A stretch of DNA of 64,000 bases from positions 1 through 64,000 of the IMG/VR virus record IMGVR_UViG_3300008216_000009; one strand, 5' to 3'. The stretch's first letter is position 1. Every line of letters begins with the position of its first letter. Of this stretch, positions 57,460 through 64,000 are shown piece by piece. A program made the translations under genes and the position numbers. The notes below the pieces were generated by a model that was given only the letters and a program-made list of their open reading frames with translations, did no database searches and was not told where the DNA came from. This DNA comes from a virus.

Positions 57460-60400
57460 ATGGGAATCTCTCTATCAGGTTTAACTGAATCATCTACTGG
57501 AAATCTGACCATCTCTGCTGGATCAGGTAATGATGTCCTGATTGGGAATGGTTCAACTCAGATTTTTATAGATGGCGGCACTGATACTTTAGGTATTGGT
57601 GGCACTGCGGTATCAGGATCACGCCTTAACATCGAGACTGGGGCGGTTGCCCTAGATTTTATTACTTCTACTGGCACGGCGGTCAATGTGATCGCTGACA
57701 CTGTCAATGATACTAGCGGTGCAGCTACGCTTGCTATTGTTCCTACTGTCCAGATAGGGGTAATGACATATACCTCTACCAACTCTATGACTTATACCGA
57801 CACAGCTTCTTTATATATTGCTGGGATTCCCGCTGCTTCCACTAATGTAACGTTCACGAATGCTGCATATGCGCTCTGGGTTGATGCTGGAGCAGTTAGA
57901 TTTGATGATCGCACATTCTGGATCGGTGGCATCGCTTACGAATTTCCCGCAGACAATGGCAATGCAAATGAGATGTTGTTAACTGATGGGAGCGGGAACC
58001 TTTCCTGGTCGTCAGTAGCCAGTGCTTCCGTGGCTACTACGGTAACGGTTACAGACAATGAGGACACAAATGAGAACAATCTGATTCCATTTGTAGCCAA
58101 CGCAGCTACTTCTACTGGCAATCATGGACTGGAGATGGATGGAGATTTCACCTACAGTCCCAATACAGGAAGGCTTACTGCTACCCAGCTATCTGGAACC
58201 CTGCAAACTGCGGCTCAAGGTAATGTTACTAGTCTTGGAACTTTGACTGGGTTGGGTTTATCGGGCGACATTTCACTTGCTGCTGCTGCTATCGTTTGGA
58301 CGAGTGGCGCAACTACCGTTGGTAGTGAATATAGTATTCAGCAAGACTCTGCTGGGACTGACCATCTTCAGTTTAATGTGCCAAGTGGTAAGGGATTCAA
58401 GTTCTCCATAAATGCTGTTGAAGAGGTTATTTGGTCTACAGGGGCACTTGCTTTTCAGCAAGCAACGACTCTCAGTACAACGGCAGGTAACTTAACTCTT
58501 TCTGCTGCTACTGGAGCGGATGTACTGATTGGTGATAACGCTACGATTTTATATGTGGATGGTGGTACAGGTACTGTAGGTATTGGAGCAGCAGCCACTG
58601 CGATCAATCAGGTAAAGATTGCAAGTGCACTTGAAACTGCAGACAGCAATATGCTCTACGCCTATAGGAGTTACACGGACGCTACCAATAACACCATTCA
58701 GGGCATTAGGGTAGAGCAACAGAGAGGTAGAACCAGTGCAGCCTTTACAGGCAGTTCTCTTGGTATAAAAGTCACCAATCAGTTAGCGGATGGCAACAGG
58801 CAAGCATGGACTAGAGCGGTTGGTGGTTTAGTTGGCGTTGATGTGTTGTTGGGTTCTGGTGGCGCAAACGCTACAGGTACTGTGACGGCAGCGGTAGGAT
58901 TTAACTCCTATATTACGATGGCTGGCTATGGTGCTAATGCGACTACCACCAATTATATAGGCTTTAGGGACGCTGGCTTGGGTAATGGGACAACTACCAA
59001 TAGGTATGGTTTTTATGTAGCCGAAACTTCTGGAACAGTTACCAACAATTACGGACTTTATGTAGAAGAATTAACTCAAGGTAGCTCCCTAGACTATTCT
59101 ATCTATACCGCTGGTGCTACGCCAAGCTATTTTGGTGGCAATGTAACTCTAGCTGGCAGTAGTAATAACAACACTGTCTTAGATATACAGGTTCCCGGTA
59201 CTGGTGATCCGACAATAACCTTTACTGGTGCTGGTACTTCAGTTGATTGGCATATAGGTGTTGATAACAGTCATGCTAGCGAGGGTTTATATCTTGGTAA
59301 GGGAACTGCGGTTGGAACTGATGCTTATATAAGACTTGATGGAAGATACTCTGCTGGGAGTTTCCTAATAGGGTTGGCCCATGACCCTGCCGCTATCACT
59401 TTAGCTGAAGCATCTAATTCTCGTCTATATATGACATACATTGCGGGAAATACCGTAAGGTTCACTGGCGGCACACAGATGACTTCAGTAGACGGGTCTA
59501 CTCTTTATGTAGATGCACCCAGTCTTGTAAGTGGAAATAATGCTGCCATAACAATAGATGCATATAACACTATCTATACAAAAACTCCTCGTGAAAATGA
59601 TGGTTACGTTGCCCTCACTACTGCCGCAGCAATAAGAATTTCTGATGGCGGCAATGCTAGTCATCCCGCTGCAAATAACATTGGTTTATATGTAGAAAGT
59701 TTAACTACTGGTACTAATGATTATAGTGTTTATACTGCTGGTACTACACCAAGTAATTTTGGTGGGGCCATCCACGCTGACGGTGCTATAACTGGTGCTA
59801 GTTCATTGGATATTGCTGGTAGGGCTGCTATCGGTTCTGGCGCAAGCGTTGGAGCAACTACTGGGCTGCATGTCAACGAGCAACAGACAGACCCTGCTGG
59901 CCTTGTAGGAACCATCTCGTACATTATTCCCACACTGTCTTCTGGAGCGAGTGCGAATATCTTTCAAGGCTTCCGTGTAGTCAACGATCTACGTGGTAAC
60001 CAGAACTATACAGAGACAGAGAATGGGGCGCAGACAGGGAATGCTGGCATCAGCATAGATATGATTAATCGGGCTACTGCCACTGTCACTGAAATGTTCG
60101 GAGTGACTGCCCATATCAGGAAATTTTCAACTGGAGCGGTGACAACCGCAGCAGCTTACAAGGTCGGAACTTGGGGAAACTTCAACTCAACTAATGCCAT
60201 TACTACTTTAAGCGGATTGCATGTTACCAACCCGACTGCGACAGGAGGGATAACTACCCTCTATGGTATCAAGATAGATGACCTGACGACTGCTGGTACG
60301 GAGTGGTCAGTCTACACTGGTTCAGCCCCAAGTTATTTTGGTGGGTCGGTTACTGCAACTAGCACGATTTCCCATACCGGGGCATCCCACAACCACGAAC

Positions 60401-62031
60401 TCGATGGTAGCGGCGGCTCTGTCTCGCATCTAATCTCAAACACCGGGACGGCTGCGAATGATGTGGCGTATCTGGAGTTAAAGACCGCAGGGGTTACTCA
60501 CGGGACATATACGGCTCCACATGTTCGCTTTACCACTGGCGCAGGGGCATCACCACATAATTGGTACACAGGCACTGACCTGACGCAGTACGAAGCTGAC
60601 ACGTTCCATATCGGGACTGGCACTACCGTTGGGAGCAATGCGAGGGTTTCCATCAGTAGCCAGAATGGTCGTAATGTACCGGGGTTCCGAATAGACCCAA
60701 CAGACTGGACTTCTAGCGGGACGACCAGCGATGTGGGTGGGTACACGTTCAGAACTCTGGCGCATAACATCACTTGGAGCAGCGACCCAGGTGATAACAA
60801 TGGGGCGAAGTGGCAGATTAACTCGATGGCGGGCGGGACGATGGTGAACAGTTCCTCCGCTCAGACGTTTGGTTCGGCGATGGGAGCGACTACACTTCAC
60901 GTCACCCCGCCTTCGGCTGGTTCTAACATCACGTTCACCCACGCTTCGGGTATCAATATCGCCAACGTCGCATCGGCAGGGACGACCACGAATCTGTACG
61001 GCATATATATTGATGACCTGAGTGGCGGTGCCACTAACTATGCTATTTATACCGCTGGGAGTGATGCCGTTAGTCTTGGTGGTGTCGTAACTATTCGTGG
61101 TAGTCAATCGTACCTTGAAGTTTTGGAGGCTCCTCAAAATAATGGTGTAACCATAAAAGGGAACGCTAATCCAGCCTTGCTTATTCAAGAAGACAGTCAA
61201 GAACAGTGGATACTCTATGGTGCTGGTAGTGGGTTATATTTGAAGCGGGATGGGACTATACAGTGGGCTTTCTTTGCAGATGGTGACATGCACCCCTACG
61301 GTCATATAAGGATGAAAAATAGTAAAGCTATTTATGATGTAGGAGCTAGTGGTAACAACTGGACGGCAAATGCTCTGACTATTACAGGTACATATAACGG
61401 TGAACAGAGTCTCCAGGTTTGGAATACGGATAATGATGTGTCACACACAACCTCTCATTCACTGCTGTATCTGGTGACTTTTGGGTCAGGCGACTCTAAA
61501 ATTAAATACGCCACTGGGGTCAATTTTTCACATGGAATTGACCATAGCGAAAGCCGTTGGGTGCTGTCTCGTGGTCATGCTCTTGGCAGCACTGATGTCA
61601 TGCGTGTTACTACTGCCGGGGCAACTACATTCGACTCCGTAGGTTCAGAGTTTACCCCTGACTATGTTTGTGATAGTTGTGGCAGGGCCGAGATAGAATC
61701 CTTTGAGTGCTGTGGCACAGTAGCATGGCATGATGATGTTCTGGCCCTCAGAGAGATGAAACTTAGCCAATCAGGTATTGACCATATGGCTAAACTTGGT
61801 GTCCTTGAGATTGATGGCCCCGATGATGCAGACCCCGGCTGGACGGGCATCAACTATCAGAAGGCGCAGTACTTCACTTGGGCTGGCATGTACCAGAACC
61901 GCCAGCGGATGGATGCTCAGTACGATGAACACGAAAGTCGTTTTGGTGAAAAAATACGGAAATTAGAAACCCTTCTCAAAAAGATGCTGGGTGAAAAAGA
62001 ATATACCTTACTCATGGATCAGATTGAGTAG
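57460..62031 (+). CDS. Second giant fibre/spike protein (1523 aa)
   Basis: Beta-rich repeats (NYGLYVE.LT.G..DYS.YTAG.TPS.FGG); C-terminal coiled coil. Confidence 0.8.
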   Translation: MGISLSGLTESSTGNLTISAGSGNDVLIGNGSTQIFIDGGTDTLGIGGTAVSGSRLNIETGAVALDFITSTGTAVNVIADTVNDTSGAATLAIVPTVQIGVMTYTSTNSMTYTDTASLYIAGIPAASTNVTFTNAAYALWVDAGAVRFDDRTFWIGGIAYEFPADNGNANEMLLTDGSGNLSWSSVASASVATTVTVTDNEDTNENNLIPFVANAATSTGNHGLEMDGDFTYSPNTGRLTATQLSGTLQTAAQGNVTSLGTLTGLGLSGDISLAAAAIVWTSGATTVGSEYSIQQDSAGTDHLQFNVPSGKGFKFSINAVEEVIWSTGALAFQQATTLSTTAGNLTLSAATGADVLIGDNATILYVDGGTGTVGIGAAATAINQVKIASALETADSNMLYAYRSYTDATNNTIQGIRVEQQRGRTSAAFTGSSLGIKVTNQLADGNRQAWTRAVGGLVGVDVLLGSGGANATGTVTAAVGFNSYITMAGYGANATTTNYIGFRDAGLGNGTTTNRYGFYVAETSGTVTNNYGLYVEELTQGSSLDYSIYTAGATPSYFGGNVTLAGSSNNNTVLDIQVPGTGDPTITFTGAGTSVDWHIGVDNSHASEGLYLGKGTAVGTDAYIRLDGRYSAGSFLIGLAHDPAAITLAEASNSRLYMTYIAGNTVRFTGGTQMTSVDGSTLYVDAPSLVSGNNAAITIDAYNTIYTKTPRENDGYVALTTAAAIRISDGGNASHPAANNIGLYVESLTTGTNDYSVYTAGTTPSNFGGAIHADGAITGASSLDIAGRAAIGSGASVGATTGLHVNEQQTDPAGLVGTISYIIPTLSSGASANIFQGFRVVNDLRGNQNYTETENGAQTGNAGISIDMINRATATVTEMFGVTAHIRKFSTGAVTTAAAYKVGTWGNFNSTNAITTLSGLHVTNPTATGGITTLYGIKIDDLTTAGTEWSVYTGSAPSYFGGSVTATSTISHTGASHNHELDGSGGSVSHLISNTGTAANDVAYLELKTAGVTHGTYTAPHVRFTTGAGASPHNWYTGTDLTQYEADTFHIGTGTTVGSNARVSISSQNGRNVPGFRIDPTDWTSSGTTSDVGGYTFRTLAHNITWSSDPGDNNGAKWQINSMAGGTMVNSSSAQTFGSAMGATTLHVTPPSAGSNITFTHASGINIANVASAGTTTNLYGIYIDDLSGGATNYAIYTAGSDAVSLGGVVTIRGSQSYLEVLEAPQNNGVTIKGNANPALLIQEDSQEQWILYGAGSGLYLKRDGTIQWAFFADGDMHPYGHIRMKNSKAIYDVGASGNNWTANALTITGTYNGEQSLQVWNTDNDVSHTTSHSLLYLVTFGSGDSKIKYATGVNFSHGIDHSESRWVLSRGHALGSTDVMRVTTAGATTFDSVGSEFTPDYVCDSCGRAEIESFECCGTVAWHDDVLALREMKLSQSGIDHMAKLGVLEIDGPDDADPGWTGINYQKAQYFTWAGMYQNRQRMDAQYDEHESRFGEKIRKLETLLKKMLGEKEYTLLMDQIE

Positions 62032-62058
62032 AGAATAATTTATTTAAAGGAGGTTAAG

Positions 62059-62256
62059 ATGACAAACGATGAAGCATTAGAGATATTAAGGATTAAAGTA
62101 AATGCGGTAAATGACGCAATTAATGATATTAATAAATATAGAGCAGAATCAGTTAGCTGGCTTAATGATTATAAGACTACTGTTAAGGATTTAGTTAAAG
62201 CAAATGCAGTTACTGTAGGGGCTAACCTTTCTGCGTGGGAAGGGTTGGATAGCTAA
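62059..62256 (+). CDS. Hypothetical protein
   Basis: AGGAGG RBS. Confidence 0.6.
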   Translation: MTNDEALEILRIKVNAVNDAINDINKYRAESVSWLNDYKTTVKDLVKANAVTVGANLSAWEGLDS

Positions 62257-62296
62257 AAGGTAGTAAAATAATATGATAGGGGAGATGTAACTTTTT

Positions 62297-62794
62297 ATGT
62301 CTGATGTACATAATGAGGATATGATTCTTAGTTTGAACACCGCTCTTTCTAGTGTGAGAGAGGCATTGGATACAACTGTTAAAATTGAGCAAGATCCTAG
62401 TATGTCTACGAGTGATCGTAATTCCAATGTAGTTATAGTGAAAGCTGCCGTCGCCAATGCGATAAGTACTTTACAGAACTGTGGCAGTGAGAACTTTTTA
62501 GGTACTGCATCTCCCGATCCTCAGGTCACAACGCTCAATGTGATTGGGGCGGGTACTTTTGTGGCAGGTTCCGGTGATGTTAATTTACTTGCTGCGGCTG
62601 ACTTTATGGATCATAATGGGGTTGTTACCGCCACTTCCGAAGAGGTGACCGTGGTTTGGGCTAGTTCGGATAGCAGTATAGGTCCTGTAAATTCATCTAG
62701 TGGTATTTTTACTCCGTTAGCTCCAGGAAATATCACAATCTCTGCTAGATATGTTAATGGAGCAGTCGCTAGTGTTCCGATGATTGTTACATAA
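62297..62794 (+). CDS. Ig-like (Big_2-type) domain protein
   Basis: VVWASSDSSI..V.SSG..T.LAPG..TISARY. Confidence 0.7.
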   Translation: MSDVHNEDMILSLNTALSSVREALDTTVKIEQDPSMSTSDRNSNVVIVKAAVANAISTLQNCGSENFLGTASPDPQVTTLNVIGAGTFVAGSGDVNLLAAADFMDHNGVVTATSEEVTVVWASSDSSIGPVNSSSGIFTPLAPGNITISARYVNGAVASVPMIVT

Positions 62795-62856
62795 GATGAA
62801 GTATAATGTTGTTAGGTTAGGGACGGAATTATTTTATAAAGGTTGGAGGTAAGGAC

Positions 62857-63435
62857 ATGGTTACGGGAAAAGCAGATATAAATGTAGTGTCGGATGATGA
62901 GGATAGGGGGCCATTGGTAGAGGATGAGGATTTTGCTGCAGCGAAAGCTTCTATAGAAGAGAAGGCAGAGAGTCTTGGTGACAGTCCTGAAGATGTACTG
63001 GCCTTTTTAGAGGCCGATGAGGATGAGGAATCAGAGGAGTCGTATTACGATTCACGTGTCCCTATTGCTAGGGATATACGTCCTGTGATTGCGGCATGGC
63101 ATGAGTATAAGAATGCTATGGCGCAGGTCAAGACAACTTATAAGTTGTGGAAAATAGAAGCTAATGATCTTGGTGGAGAAAGTGATCAGCGTCGAGATGC
63201 AATAGTACAGAATGCCGCTAGGATTAAAAGGGCTTTGGATGTTATTGAAAAAGAACTTAAGGAAGTATTCCCTAAGCTAAAAGGAGCCGCTTTTTTGACC
63301 CGTTCTGAAATCATAGTTTTGCCTAGGTGGATGCATAAATTGTTAGGAATAACTATTGAAGCCAGTGCCGATGAACGTGAATCGGCCCAGGCAGACCTAC
63401 AAAAACAATTGGATGGAGCAAACGAAGCAGAATGA
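62857..63435 (+). CDS. Acidic hypothetical protein
   Basis: GGAGG RBS; 192 aa. Confidence 0.65.
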   Translation: MVTGKADINVVSDDEDRGPLVEDEDFAAAKASIEEKAESLGDSPEDVLAFLEADEDEESEESYYDSRVPIARDIRPVIAAWHEYKNAMAQVKTTYKLWKIEANDLGGESDQRRDAIVQNAARIKRALDVIEKELKEVFPKLKGAAFLTRSEIIVLPRWMHKLLGITIEASADERESAQADLQKQLDGANEAE

Positions 63436-64000
63436 TACCCTGGGATTCAATATATCTGTGGGATAGCAGCGCAAATGCGTATGTTGATTTAGAGTTTTCA
63501 GCGTCGGATATTCCCGGCACTGCTACTGAAATCATGGGGCAGACTACGGATAAAATTTATCTGGGTCTGGACAGAAAGTTTCCCGCAGCTTTCTTTGAGC
63601 TAGATACTCTGGGTTCGTATAACGATACTCCTGATTATGAGTATTACAATGGATCTGCCTGGGCCAATCTTCCTTTACTTAAGACCTATGCGTTTGATGC
63701 GGATGGCGTAGTGCAGTGGAGAATGCCCAGTAATTGGTCAACTGTTCTTTTAGCTGGAATAGAGAATACAAATACTAACCTAAAATCAGGTTCTACTGGG
63801 GATACGACAAGTGGTACTGCTCGTTATTGGATTCGAGTAAGTGTTTCAACTGTAACAACTGCAGCTACTTTGTCTAGATCGTATCCTTTTCCCTCGTATG
63901 CTTATACTACTCCCACACTAATTTCTCAGTTTCTGCAATTACGGACTGATTTCTCAGCTACTACTTCGCCATCTAAAGCAGAAGTGGAGTCCTTGATACA
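63432..64000 (+). CDS. Partial ORF running off the window; probable head-tail adaptor-containing protein
   Basis: ATGA overlap; open to the window end (MIPWDSIYLWD...YTTPTLISQFLQLRTDFSATTSPSKAEVESLI). Confidence 0.55.
   Translation, partial: MIPWDSIYLWDSSANAYVDLEFSASDIPGTATEIMGQTTDKIYLGLDRKFPAAFFELDTLGSYNDTPDYEYYNGSAWANLPLLKTYAFDADGVVQWRMPSNWSTVLLAGIENTNTNLKSGSTGDTTSGTARYWIRVSVSTVTTAATLSRSYPFPSYAYTTPTLISQFLQLRTDFSATTSPSKAEVESLI

Noticed and set aside
50263-62031. Diversity-generating retroelement acting on the fibre repeats
   Set aside because: Differences between repeats are synonymous and not adenine-specific, and no reverse transcriptase is seen.
1-64000. Stop-codon reassignment
   Set aside because: Long genes are intact under the standard code, and TAA, TAG and TGA all end genes at tight operon junctions.

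Overview
This is a 64-kb segment of a large tailed dsDNA phage (Caudoviricetes) with bacterial expression signals: sigma70-type promoters, Shine-Dalgarno sites, intrinsic terminators and the standard genetic code. (1) 1-18.2 kb is a minus-strand array of about 18 self-contained expression modules. In transcription order, each junction reads intrinsic terminator, then a polar 14-bp box (+ strand GTAAGG(G/A)AAAG(A/C)T(G/A)) in a spacer crowded with CCNGG/GGWCC words, then in most modules a near-consensus TTGACA-N17-TATA(A/C)T promoter. The cargo is small, often Cys-rich ORFs, a tRNA-Tyr, and three copies of an apparently undescribed covarying four-way-junction RNA with a CAU(G/A)AC loop. (2) 18-29 kb holds minus-strand accessory genes (DnaJ-domain, zinc-ribbon, SET, dCMP deaminase, HTH pair, MazG-like, CX5R phosphatase, SNase) and a G/C-run plus A-tract non-coding block at 21-22 kb. 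(3) After divergent promoters at about 28.95 kb, the plus strand carries an AAA+ ATPase cluster whose partners share a C-terminal RRILID tail and a Cas2/PaaX-fold gene. It then carries head genes (Nudix-like plus prohead protease polyprotein, scaffold, major capsid), two giant fibre proteins and a truncated probable head-tail adaptor. No integrase, terminase, portal or polymerase is visible. All product calls come from motif recognition by eye; no database search was run.
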